Below are positions 28,333-36,952 of a DNA stretch of 64,000 nt, piece after piece (the first letter of the stretch is position 1; each line of letters opens with the position of its first letter). Both the position numbers and the translations under genes were made by a program. The notes beneath the pieces are model-generated. The model saw only the letters and a list, made by a program, of their open reading frames with translations, had not been told where the DNA came from and did not search any database. Source of the DNA: Bacteroidales bacterium (lineage in GTDB: Bacteria; Bacteroidota; Bacteroidia; Bacteroidales; UBA12481); contig JAQUCP010000007.1 in assembly GCA_028686135.1 (NCBI GenBank), positions 49,647 to 113,646 on the forward strand, written 5' to 3'.

Positions 28333-30038
28333 TTCAATCCGTTAATTATCTTATCATCAATACCATCCGAAACATCCTCTTGTTTGCTCGCCCGCTTCCA
28401 CATCTCCACGGCTTTATCCTCGTGGCCATTTTTAAACAGAATATCGCCATAGTGTTCCAGTACCTCTCCTGAGTGGTCGATAGTTAGGCTCATCACCTTT
28501 TCCATCACCTCCAGGGCTTTTGAATATTCACCTCTTTTAAACAGGACCCAAGCATAGGTATCGAGGTAGGTTGGGTTATCTTTTTCATGTTCAATACAGC
28601 GTTTGATCATGTCCAGTGCTTTATCGAGCTGTTCTCCATCCAGGGAGAGATAGTAGCTATAATTATTCAGCACGATGGTGTTATCCGGGTCCAGGGCGAG
28701 CAATTGGTCAAAATTCCGATATGCTTCCTCTTTGTCACCGGTTCGATAGGCAGCTTCTGATAGCGACAGGTAAAACTGTTGAGTGATCTCTGGAGCCTGT
28801 CCGGGAATAGCCATCCCCTTTTTCAATGCCTTCTTAGCGGTCTCATAGTCCTTTAATCCGATCGCGCCAATACCTTTGAAAAGGTGGAAAAGGCTCTGCA
28901 TGGGAAAGAAGATCAGGGCCGAATCGGCCACGGCAGCAATTTCTTCTATTTTCTCCCGCTCGTTCAGAATGAAGAGCAGATTTTGCCAGGCCAGATAGTT
29001 GCCCGGGTCGCTCCTGGTGATCCGCCGGTAAATAGGTTCAGCTTCGTCGAGTTTCTCGATGGTGTACAGATAGTTAGCGTACATCGCATCCACCTCAGGG
29101 TTACCCTGATCGGTTTCGTACACCACCTTGATCATTTCAATCACGGCCGGATCAGGCTCTTCTTCCTGACCAGCTTTGAGAAATTCGGTGATTATTGCAA
29201 TCTTGATAGCTGGGTTCACTTCGGTGGAGCGAAAACCTTTAAGAAAGGACGCTCTTGCTTCCTCTTTATTCCCCTGTTTTAATAGAAAATTTCCATAAGA
29301 AAAATTGACCGCAGGATTATCAGGATTCTCCTTCACCAGCCACTGATAGTGTTTCAACGCTTGGTCTTTTTTTCCGGCTGCAACGTATGATTCGGCCAGA
29401 TGCCCTCTTACTTTAACATCGGAAGGGTATTTTTTGAGCCATTTTTCCAACACAGCCGCTCCCTTGTCCCTTTTCCCCAGAGCTAATTGTATCTCAAACT
29501 CTTTCAGCGCTTTCCATCGGTCGAGGGACGGATGTCTGCTTGTCCGCGAGAGCTTCTTCAATGCCTCTTTTTGCATTCCCGCCTGCTGCAATACCTCAAT
29601 CTCACCGGTTACAAATTCAAGCTTATCGGGATAGCTTTTCTGCAATTCGGCAAAGACTTCGGCACAGGGTTCAAACTTACCTTGTGCCATCAGAGCTTCA
29701 CATAACAGGATGCCATACCACTCGTTCCGGTTATCTCGCTTCCAGGCATTTCGTGCATAACCCTCTGCGGTAGCATATTCCTTTTCTTGAAGAAATTGTA
29801 AGCCCAGCTCATAGAATGGGGCAGGGGATTCCGGTTTCAACTCGATACATTGCTGAAATAGAGCCATCGCCTGGTTGGCCTGACCCCTATTTTTCAGTCG
29901 CAAGCCCTCGGCAAAAAGAAATTTGTAACTCTCCTCCTTTGATGCGGTACTGTCCTTGGTCAGATTCACCTGGGCTGATAGCGGCAGGATAAGGAACCCG
30001 CTCAACAGAATCAGCACAATTTTTTTTCCTGATATCAT
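28329..30038 (-). CDS. Secreted tetratricopeptide-repeat protein
   Basis: Signal peptide, then many 34-aa TPR-like units (A..Y...G......A...F...L...P). Confidence 0.85.
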   Translation of the reverse strand: MISGKKIVLILLSGFLILPLSAQVNLTKDSTASKEESYKFLFAEGLRLKNRGQANQAMALFQQCIELKPESPAPFYELGLQFLQEKEYATAEGYARNAWKRDNRNEWYGILLCEALMAQGKFEPCAEVFAELQKSYPDKLEFVTGEIEVLQQAGMQKEALKKLSRTSRHPSLDRWKALKEFEIQLALGKRDKGAAVLEKWLKKYPSDVKVRGHLAESYVAAGKKDQALKHYQWLVKENPDNPAVNFSYGNFLLKQGNKEEARASFLKGFRSTEVNPAIKIAIITEFLKAGQEEEPDPAVIEMIKVVYETDQGNPEVDAMYANYLYTIEKLDEAEPIYRRITRSDPGNYLAWQNLLFILNEREKIEEIAAVADSALIFFPMQSLFHLFKGIGAIGLKDYETAKKALKKGMAIPGQAPEITQQFYLSLSEAAYRTGDKEEAYRNFDQLLALDPDNTIVLNNYSYYLSLDGEQLDKALDMIKRCIEHEKDNPTYLDTYAWVLFKRGEYSKALEVMEKVMSLTIDHSGEVLEHYGDILFKNGHEDKAVEMWKRASKQEDVSDGIDDKIINGLK

Positions 30039-30063
30039 TAACGTTAATCCCTTCTATTTCAAT

Positions 30064-30498
30064 TTATTTCACTCCCGTGTGACCGAATCCGCCGGCACCC
30101 CGGGTGGTCTCTTCGAGTGAATCGACCTGTTTCCATTCCACGGTTGCATGCTGGTTGATCACCATCTGGCAGATCCGCTCACCATCTTCAATCACCACTT
30201 CTTCGGCCGAAAGGTTGATTAAGATGATACCAATCTCTCCGCGGTAATCGGCATCGATGGTTCCGGGTGTGTTAAGAACACTGATTCCGCGCTTCAGAGC
30301 TAAACCACTGCGAGGTCTGATCTGAGCTTCATAACCCTCCGGCAATTCGATAAAGAGTCCGGTTGGTACGAGCGCCCTCTCTAACGATTTAAGTATAAGT
30401 GGCTTATCCAAATTGGCCCGTAGATCCATTCCGGCCGATAATTCTGTGCTGTAAGAGGGTAACTCGTGTTTGGAGCGGTTGACAATGTTTACTTTCAT
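30064..30498 (-). CDS. dut: dUTP diphosphatase
   Basis: [24 protein letters not shown] and a C-terminal [10 protein letters not shown] motif. Confidence 0.97.
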   Translation of the reverse strand: MKVNIVNRSKHELPSYSTELSAGMDLRANLDKPLILKSLERALVPTGLFIELPEGYEAQIRPRSGLALKRGISVLNTPGTIDADYRGEIGIILINLSAEEVVIEDGERICQMVINQHATVEWKQVDSLEETTRGAGGFGHTGVK

Positions 30499-30522
30499 GT
30501 TGTAATGCTATTCCAGTAAGAC

Positions 30523-30562
30523 GATAAAGAAGCGTAAAGAAGAATAAAGAAGAATAAAGAAC
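30523..30562. repeat. Four tandem 10-bp units (GATAAAGAAG, CGTAAAGAAG, AATAAAGAAG, AATAAAGAAC) in the flippase-dut spacer
   Basis: Read directly. The core TAAAGAA recurs at an exact 10-bp period, 25-64 nt upstream of the dut ATG (30498). Confidence 0.9.
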
Positions 30563-30590
30563 ATTATAGAACGGTTTTTCAATGATATAA

Positions 30591-32078
30591 TTACCTCCTG
30601 AACCGTTCTCGCACTCCTTTTAACAGCGGAGTCAACATAGCCCGCTCGGAGTATCCTACCAGGAGAATAAACACCAAAAGGAGGCCAGTGTTCATGATTA
30701 GCCGAACCCACAGGTTATCCATCCGGAAGAAGAACGAAATCAAGTAAAGAATCACCGCGAAAACCATCCAGAGTCCTATTCTTTTAGTTTCATAAGGGAT
30801 CGGGTACACCTTGCGTCCCCACAACCAGGAAATGAGCATCATTACCGAATAACAGGCTAGGGTGGCCCAAGCCGAACCCATATAACCAATCCTGGGTACC
30901 AATGTCCAGTTAAGCACGATAGTCACCAGCGCACCTATCGTGGCCATGATGGCAGCATATCGGGTAAGATCCCGTACTTTATACCAGACCGACAGATTAT
31001 AGTAAATTCCGAGAAACAAATTGGCCATCAGCACGATAGGAACTACATTCAATCCCTCCCAAAACTCAGTTTTTCGTAATAATATCACTTTAAAAAAGTC
31101 GATATAGAGTGTCGTTAACAGAAAAACCAGCAATCCGGTGATCACGAAATACTTCATCACCCGAGCATAGGTTTCCGGCGCCTTCCGGTCGCCCGAAACA
31201 GCAAAAAGGAATGGCTCAAAAGCGTATCGGAACATCTGGATGAACAACGTCATCATCACCGCTATCCGGTAGTTAGCCGAATAGATCCCCACCTGACCCT
31301 GATCACCGGTGATCATCTTGACAAACACTTTATCTCCCGCATCGTTGATGGCCCCGGCTAAACCAACAATCACCAATGGGGCAGAGTAGGCGAGCAATTT
31401 CTTCATCAGGGCCGGGTCGAATACCAACCGCAAGCTTCTCATTTCCGGCAGCAACAGCACGAGCATCAGAGCGCTGGTGATCAGATTCGCAAGAAAAACA
31501 TACCCCACACCCAATTCCCGGTTGTAAAGCCACCCGGGAATCACCATGCCGCGATTTTCCATCCAGGGGAAAAGCAATAAAAACATCAGCACTAAACCAA
31601 TGTTTATCAACACATTACCCAGCTTTAAAAGGGCAAATCTCAGGGCTTTTGACTCCTGCCTGAGTTGTGCAAAAGGGATCATGGCGATGGAATCAATGGC
31701 CACAATCCAGGCCATCCAGATGATGTAATTGCGGTTATCCTCGTAATGAATAAATCCAGATATGGGGTTAATGAACAGATAGACCATGATCATCCAGACA
31801 ATAGCCATCATCCCAACAAATCCAATCGTGTGACTGAACACCTTTTTTCGGTCTTCTCCCATGCCAGCGAAGCGAAAATAGCCCGACTCCATTCCAAACT
31901 CAATGACCACCAGCACAATGACCAGCCAGGCATATAGCTCACTCAGAATTCCGTAGGGATCTTTACCAAACAGACTGGTATAGAGGGTGGTAAGAACTAA
32001 ATAGTTTAGCACCCGTGGAAGGATACTACCCAACCCGTAAATGACCGTTTGCCCAGCAAGTTTTTTAATCTCGTTCAA
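30591..32078 (-). CDS. Polysaccharide/oligosaccharide flippase (MOP/Wzx-type, polysaccharide biosynthesis protein family)
   Basis: About 12-14 TM helices at 495 aa, with the N-terminal pattern typical of Wzx/PST-family exporters. Confidence 0.75.
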   Translation of the reverse strand: MNEIKKLAGQTVIYGLGSILPRVLNYLVLTTLYTSLFGKDPYGILSELYAWLVIVLVVIEFGMESGYFRFAGMGEDRKKVFSHTIGFVGMMAIVWMIMVYLFINPISGFIHYEDNRNYIIWMAWIVAIDSIAMIPFAQLRQESKALRFALLKLGNVLINIGLVLMFLLLFPWMENRGMVIPGWLYNRELGVGYVFLANLITSALMLVLLLPEMRSLRLVFDPALMKKLLAYSAPLVIVGLAGAINDAGDKVFVKMITGDQGQVGIYSANYRIAVMMTLFIQMFRYAFEPFLFAVSGDRKAPETYARVMKYFVITGLLVFLLTTLYIDFFKVILLRKTEFWEGLNVVPIVLMANLFLGIYYNLSVWYKVRDLTRYAAIMATIGALVTIVLNWTLVPRIGYMGSAWATLACYSVMMLISWLWGRKVYPIPYETKRIGLWMVFAVILYLISFFFRMDNLWVRLIMNTGLLLVFILLVGYSERAMLTPLLKGVRERFRR

Positions 32079-32207
32079 TCAGTCAGATATTTACTTTGGG
32101 CCAAATTTAGTCACAAATCTACAGACTATCACCGGGTAAATACCCTCCCTATCTATCCTTTACCCTTACTGGCCTAGCGTGGTCTCAACTATTGATCTGA
32201 GCAAATT

Positions 32208-33515
32208 ATGCGTACCTTTTTGCCCAAATTGGATCTGATGCACCGAAATAGCCTATTTCTCGTCCTATTCCTTACGCTTTTGCCAGTCTCGCTATCGGGC
32301 CAGCAAGCGTTTACGCTGAAAGGGCGTGTCTATAATTCTAAAACCAAGGAACCCATACCTCAGGCGAGTATCTATGTTAACGAGACTGTGCTTGGCGGGG
32401 CTTCCGGGGATGATGGCCGGTACGAGATCAAGATACCCTATACGCCCGCCATGGTCGTGTTCTCTTCAATAGGTTATACCAGACGATACTTTTCTCTCAC
32501 CAGACCGGTTAAGGATGACTTTGACGTCCCGCTCGATCCCTCCCGGCACGAGATACCAGAGGTGCTGGTGACCGGTAAGCGTACACCCATCAGTATTTCG
32601 GATAAGCAGGATATCTATGTGCTGGATTACGAATTTTATGATAGCCACATCCTGCTCCTGGGAAATCCCGGCAAGAAAAGCCTCGAAACCCATCTGATCC
32701 TGATGGACCGTCTGGGGACCACCATCAATCGAAAGATCATCAACCGCGGGAATAACCTGTATCGCGATCCTTTTAATAACATCCACCTCCTCTGCGCCGA
32801 TACGGCTTACCAGGTTTATTATGATGGTGAGGAGTTGCAACTCCTTTTCCCAACCCATAAGGAACGTTTTTTGAATGCGTTTCCTGAGTTCATTAAGATC
32901 CTGAATAACAAGATTATCCTGCGTCAGTACGATTTTGACGATCAGGCGCTGCTCTACTATTTCTATAATCCGCCCGACAGCACCATCCAGAAGTTCTGGG
33001 CCGAAGCCACTACTGAGGTGTATCGCAAGACAGACGGCTTGATGAGCAGCATCCATATCACTCCATCGGGCAAGTCAACCAGCCAGTTTAACTTGTTCAA
33101 TTCCGATGAGCGATTCATTAAAATGGCTTTCTATGCCCCGATTTTTTGTCCCCTGGAGGTGATCAAGGATACCATTTACATTTTCAATTTTAACAACGGA
33201 CTGATAGAAACCTTTAGTTATCGCGGATTCCACGCTGATACCCCAACTTCCTTCGCGTTCCACAAAGAGCCCGGCTGGCAAAAAAGGCTTTACGTGGATG
33301 CTGCCACCGGAAAAGCCTATACTCATTACATGAAAAATGGGGTCTCCGTCATCCGTGAAATTGACCTAAAAAGTGGATCCCTGAAACCTAACGAGATCAA
33401 GATCCCCCGTTTCTCCTATATCAAGAAAATTATGATCCATGATGGATACCTCTTCTTCCTCTACGAAGAAAAACAGTACCCCAGGTTCATGCGTTTGTTC
33501 CGTATGCCGATATAA
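32208..33515 (+). CDS. Carboxypeptidase-regulatory-like (CarboxypepD_reg) domain protein, function unknown
   Basis: After the signal sequence, FTLKGRVYNSKTKEPIPQASIYVNET..GGASGDDGRYEI matches the CarboxypepD_reg motif. I do not recognise the remainder. Confidence 0.65.
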   Translation: MRTFLPKLDLMHRNSLFLVLFLTLLPVSLSGQQAFTLKGRVYNSKTKEPIPQASIYVNETVLGGASGDDGRYEIKIPYTPAMVVFSSIGYTRRYFSLTRPVKDDFDVPLDPSRHEIPEVLVTGKRTPISISDKQDIYVLDYEFYDSHILLLGNPGKKSLETHLILMDRLGTTINRKIINRGNNLYRDPFNNIHLLCADTAYQVYYDGEELQLLFPTHKERFLNAFPEFIKILNNKIILRQYDFDDQALLYYFYNPPDSTIQKFWAEATTEVYRKTDGLMSSIHITPSGKSTSQFNLFNSDERFIKMAFYAPIFCPLEVIKDTIYIFNFNNGLIETFSYRGFHADTPTSFAFHKEPGWQKRLYVDAATGKAYTHYMKNGVSVIREIDLKSGSLKPNEIKIPRFSYIKKIMIHDGYLFFLYEEKQYPRFMRLFRMPI

Positions 33516-33534
33516 CCTCCAACCCCGTTTGGGT

Positions 33535-34662
33535 TCAAACCCTGAAAAGTCGGGTTAAAATTCCATCGGAACGAAACCATCCTGTTTTATTGAATATCAG
33601 CTGGTTATTTTCTATCAATTGCAAGTCGCCCGACCGCATAAAGGGTTCCGCAGCCGCCAAGAGTCGATTCCACTCTTCCATTCCGAATAGCTCAACCATC
33701 TCTTCCTGCTTTAAACCCCACTTTGTTCGTAATCGTGTCATTACCAACTCATTTCTGGCAGTTAATAGATCGATCTCCTCTCCTTCTGGTTGCTTATTCT
33801 GTTCGATCATCTCGTAATAGCGGAAAAGCGATCGGGGGTTCCAATGACGTTGTTTTCCGTTATACGAGTGAGCCGATGGGCCAAGGCCAAGATATTGACC
33901 ACCCTGCCAGTATTTTAGATTATGTTTGCTATACTCTCCCCGCCGTGCAAAATTGGAGATCTCATACATCTCAAATCCATGCTCAGCCAAGTGCTTAATC
34001 AATGAATAGTATTGATCAACACTTTCATTTTCAGTAACTTCCTTAATTCTTCCTCTCTTCCGATATTGGTCAAAAGGCGTTCCAGGTTCGATGCTTAGGT
34101 GATAGGATGAAATATGCCCGATTGGCAGACTGACGGCTTGTAGTAAGTTACTGTTCCAGCTTTCACTGCTCATGCCGGGAATACCATAAATCAGGTCGAT
34201 GCTGATTCGTTCAAACCCGGCCTGATGGGCCTGTAGAACAGTATTTACAGCCTGTGTAGCATTGTGGCGCCTGTTCATGAGCTGAAGATGACCATCGTCA
34301 AACGATTGAATTCCAATGCTGATACGATTGATACCCAAAGCTCGGAAGCTTTCAAGAATTGGTGGGGACAGATCATCCGGATTAGCCTCCAGGGTGATTT
34401 CATGCTCTGGTTCAACAAGGAAGTATCCCTTGATTGCATCCAGAATAGTTTTGAGTTGATCGGCCTTCAGGAGGGATGGGGTACCTCCACCGAAATAAAT
34501 CGTATCTATTTTATTATCAATAAGATAATCTGATCTTAAAACGATTTCTTTTACGATGGATTTGATATATCGACTCTTATCAATAGTTCTCGTGATACTA
34601 TAAAAATCACAATAGCCGCATTTACTAAGGCAAAAAGGAACGTGAATATAGATGCCGTTCAT
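33535..34662 (-). CDS. hemW: Radical SAM heme chaperone HemW (oxygen-independent coproporphyrinogen-III oxidase-like)
   Basis: IYIHVPFCLSKCGYCDF (CxxxCxxC) and YFGGGTPS at ~375 aa. Confidence 0.9.
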   Translation of the reverse strand: MNGIYIHVPFCLSKCGYCDFYSITRTIDKSRYIKSIVKEIVLRSDYLIDNKIDTIYFGGGTPSLLKADQLKTILDAIKGYFLVEPEHEITLEANPDDLSPPILESFRALGINRISIGIQSFDDGHLQLMNRRHNATQAVNTVLQAHQAGFERISIDLIYGIPGMSSESWNSNLLQAVSLPIGHISSYHLSIEPGTPFDQYRKRGRIKEVTENESVDQYYSLIKHLAEHGFEMYEISNFARRGEYSKHNLKYWQGGQYLGLGPSAHSYNGKQRHWNPRSLFRYYEMIEQNKQPEGEEIDLLTARNELVMTRLRTKWGLKQEEMVELFGMEEWNRLLAAAEPFMRSGDLQLIENNQLIFNKTGWFRSDGILTRLFRV

Positions 34663-34688
34663 GGGCTCTTTTTTGGTCGGATTAAGAA

Positions 34689-34718
34689 CTGATTATGACT
34701 GATTATGACTGATTATGT
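34689..34718. repeat. Three tandem 10-bp units (CTGATTATGA x2, CTGATTATGT) spanning the lutB-like stop codon
   Basis: Read directly. The stop TAA (34703-34705, minus strand) lies inside the repeat. Confidence 0.85.
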
Positions 34719-36088
34719 TTGCGGCGTCTCCACATCCGGCTAAAGGATTCAGGAGCAAAATTCAGTGGTTTTCGGTTGGGGCCCCAATGTTTCTGTCCGA
34801 TCTTTTTCATGGCCAGATTCTTCCATTTTGCTGGGATTCGATCCAGGCTTCTCCTTCGCATGAGTATCTCGCCGGCTGTTCGATAGACTAACTTTTCGGT
34901 TGCTCCTTTGTCACTGTTTTCGTTGATTCGGGATCGGTTCAATAGGAGTAGCCGGTGGATAGGAATCTTTACCGGGCACACTTCGGAGCATCTCCCACAG
35001 AGACTGCAGGCAAAATTGAGAAATCCTGTATCTCGCGAATCATCGAGGTACATGGAAATGACTGAACCAATCGGTCCGGTGTAGGTCGTTTGATAGGTAT
35101 AGCCTCCTACATTCCGGTAAATAGGGCAGGCATTCAGACAGGCACCGCAGCGGATGCAGGTGAGTGCTTTTCTCATCTCAGGATCCCCGAACATTCGGCT
35201 GCGACCACCATCCAACAGGATGATGACCATACGTTTTGGGCCGTCTAGCTCATCCATTTGTTTGGGGCCCGACAGGAGACTGTTGTATGCGGTAACATGC
35301 TGGCCCGTTCCATGAACAGCTACCAAGGGCCAAAAGAGGCCAAGATCAGTCAGTTTCGGGATGATTTTTTCAATCCCAGCAATCACCACCAACGTTTTCG
35401 GCCAGGAAAAGGTCATCATACCGTTTCCTTCATTCTCGGTGAGAGCAATGGATCCGGTGTCGGCAATCAGGAAATTAGCTCCGGTTATCCCCAGATCCGC
35501 CCTGGTAAATTTTTCTCGAAGGTAATCCCGCACAAAGAGGGTAATCTGCTCCGGCGTTGATTCCGGATCCAGTCCAAATTTTTGGTGAAATAGGGTGGCA
35601 ATATCCCCCCTCGACTTATGCATTGCCGGAGTTAGAATATGGTACGGTTTTTCACCAGCTAATTGAACAATGAACTCACCCAAATCGGTTTCCCATGTTT
35701 CAACCTGTAATTCCTGAAGTAATTTATTGATTTCCAGCTCTTCGCTGATCATCGACTTCATTTTCACAGCCAACTCTACCTTTTCTTTGAGCACGATATC
35801 TTTCAGGATGGCCAGGGCCTCCCGCTTGTCGCACGCCCAAAAAACTTCACTCCCATTTTCCAATGCTCGCTTTTCAAATCCTACCAACAGATTCTCCAGA
35901 TCATCAACCGCGAAATCTTTTATGTTGGATGCTTGTGATCGTGCATTATCCAGATCGCTGAAGAAATGAACACCCCGCTCAACGGCTTGGTCATACCTCC
36001 CGATATTGTAATCCAGCTTTTGACGATTCTCCCTGTCTAGGGTAACCTGCTTCGACTGAGCCTTGAAAATCCGTTCCTTCTTTTCCAT
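34703..36088 (-). CDS. lutB: LutB/LldF-type iron-sulfur protein (LUD domain plus two 4Fe-4S motifs)
   Basis: CIRCGACLNACPIY and CSLCGRCSEVCPV ferredoxin motifs after a LUD-type domain, 461 aa. Confidence 0.8.
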   Translation of the reverse strand: MEKKERIFKAQSKQVTLDRENRQKLDYNIGRYDQAVERGVHFFSDLDNARSQASNIKDFAVDDLENLLVGFEKRALENGSEVFWACDKREALAILKDIVLKEKVELAVKMKSMISEELEINKLLQELQVETWETDLGEFIVQLAGEKPYHILTPAMHKSRGDIATLFHQKFGLDPESTPEQITLFVRDYLREKFTRADLGITGANFLIADTGSIALTENEGNGMMTFSWPKTLVVIAGIEKIIPKLTDLGLFWPLVAVHGTGQHVTAYNSLLSGPKQMDELDGPKRMVIILLDGGRSRMFGDPEMRKALTCIRCGACLNACPIYRNVGGYTYQTTYTGPIGSVISMYLDDSRDTGFLNFACSLCGRCSEVCPVKIPIHRLLLLNRSRINENSDKGATEKLVYRTAGEILMRRRSLDRIPAKWKNLAMKKIGQKHWGPNRKPLNFAPESFSRMWRRRKHNQS

Positions 36089-36099
36089 TCCCCCTCAAT

Positions 36100-36573
36100 C
36101 TATTGCAACGGAATCTTATTAATCCTTCTTAAGTGCCTGCCCCCGTCAAAGGGAGTCTCCAGAAAAATTTTTACGATCGTCTTGGCCTCTTCAATCGAGA
36201 TAAACCTCGCCGGCAAGGCACAGATATTCGCATTATTATGGGCTCTGGCGAGTTTTGATATCTCTTCATTCCAACACAATGCCGAACGAATCCCGGGATA
36301 CTTGTTCACTACCATGTTGATTCCATTTCCACTTCCACAAAGTGAGATCCCAAACACACAAGCACCATCTGCAACCGACCGCGCCAACGGATGCGCAAAG
36401 TCCGGATAATCACACGATTCCGAATTGTTACATCCAAAATCGATTACCTGTAAATTACTCTCTTTCAACCACTTAATCAACGCTTCCTTCATTTCATACC
36501 CGGCATGGTCTGATGCCAAACCGATCAAATTCGCACGCTTTTTTTCCACTTTTTTTCTCCTCTTTATTAACAA
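36100..36573 (-). CDS. rpiB: Ribose-5-phosphate isomerase B
   Basis: IGLASDHAGYEMKE, CGSGNGI and RHLRR motifs. The basic 15-aa N-terminal extension is probably not translated; a TTG at 36528 would give a typical ~142-aa RpiB. Confidence 0.9.
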   Translation of the reverse strand: MLIKRRKKVEKKRANLIGLASDHAGYEMKEALIKWLKESNLQVIDFGCNNSESCDYPDFAHPLARSVADGACVFGISLCGSGNGINMVVNKYPGIRSALCWNEEISKLARAHNNANICALPARFISIEEAKTIVKIFLETPFDGGRHLRRINKIPLQ

Positions 36574-36804
36574 ACCTGTTCATTCATTACTGAAAAAATG
36601 TTGTCAAATTCTCTTGCAAAGTTCCTTGGCCATCTGGTATAAAAATCTGTTCAAATTTTGCAAGCACATTTTTTCATTCTTGATCAAAACAAATCAACCA
36701 CTTTTTCCACTGTTAACAAATCGACCCTCATCCGGTCATCGTTTTCCACAGCCTGTTAATTACCTCGCCACATCTTTCTTTAATAAGTTATTAAGTACCT
36801 TTAC

Positions 36805-36882
36805 CCTGTTGAAAACCGTTTGATAAGTCGGGGTTTTTCTGGCTTTATTCTTGATAACCTTTTTATCAACAGTTTCAACAGG
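36805..36882. repeat. Long imperfect inverted repeat (about 20 bp per arm) that contains TTGATAA-N5-TTATCAA (36851-36869)
   Basis: CCTGTTGAAAACCGTTTGATAA (36805-36826) pairs with TTATCAACAGTTTCAACAGG (36863-36882) with two bulges and one mismatch. It lies in the 380-bp AT-rich spacer upstream of the MORN gene. Confidence 0.6.
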
Positions 36883-36952
36883 CTAATAACATCATCAAAT
36901 ATATTTACAAATAACTAGTATATATTTTAATAGCGGTTGAAAAGAACAATTC

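Noticed and set aside
30508-30711. 67-aa minus-strand ORF bridging the flippase 3' end and the decamer repeat
   Set aside because: It overlaps the flippase gene out of frame, and its C-terminal part is just the translated tandem repeat.
36425-36823. 132-aa plus-strand ORF spanning the rpiB 5' end and the AT-rich spacer
   Set aside because: It is half antisense to rpiB, and the rest is AT-rich intergenic DNA. Its F/L/K/S-rich composition has no coding-like pattern.
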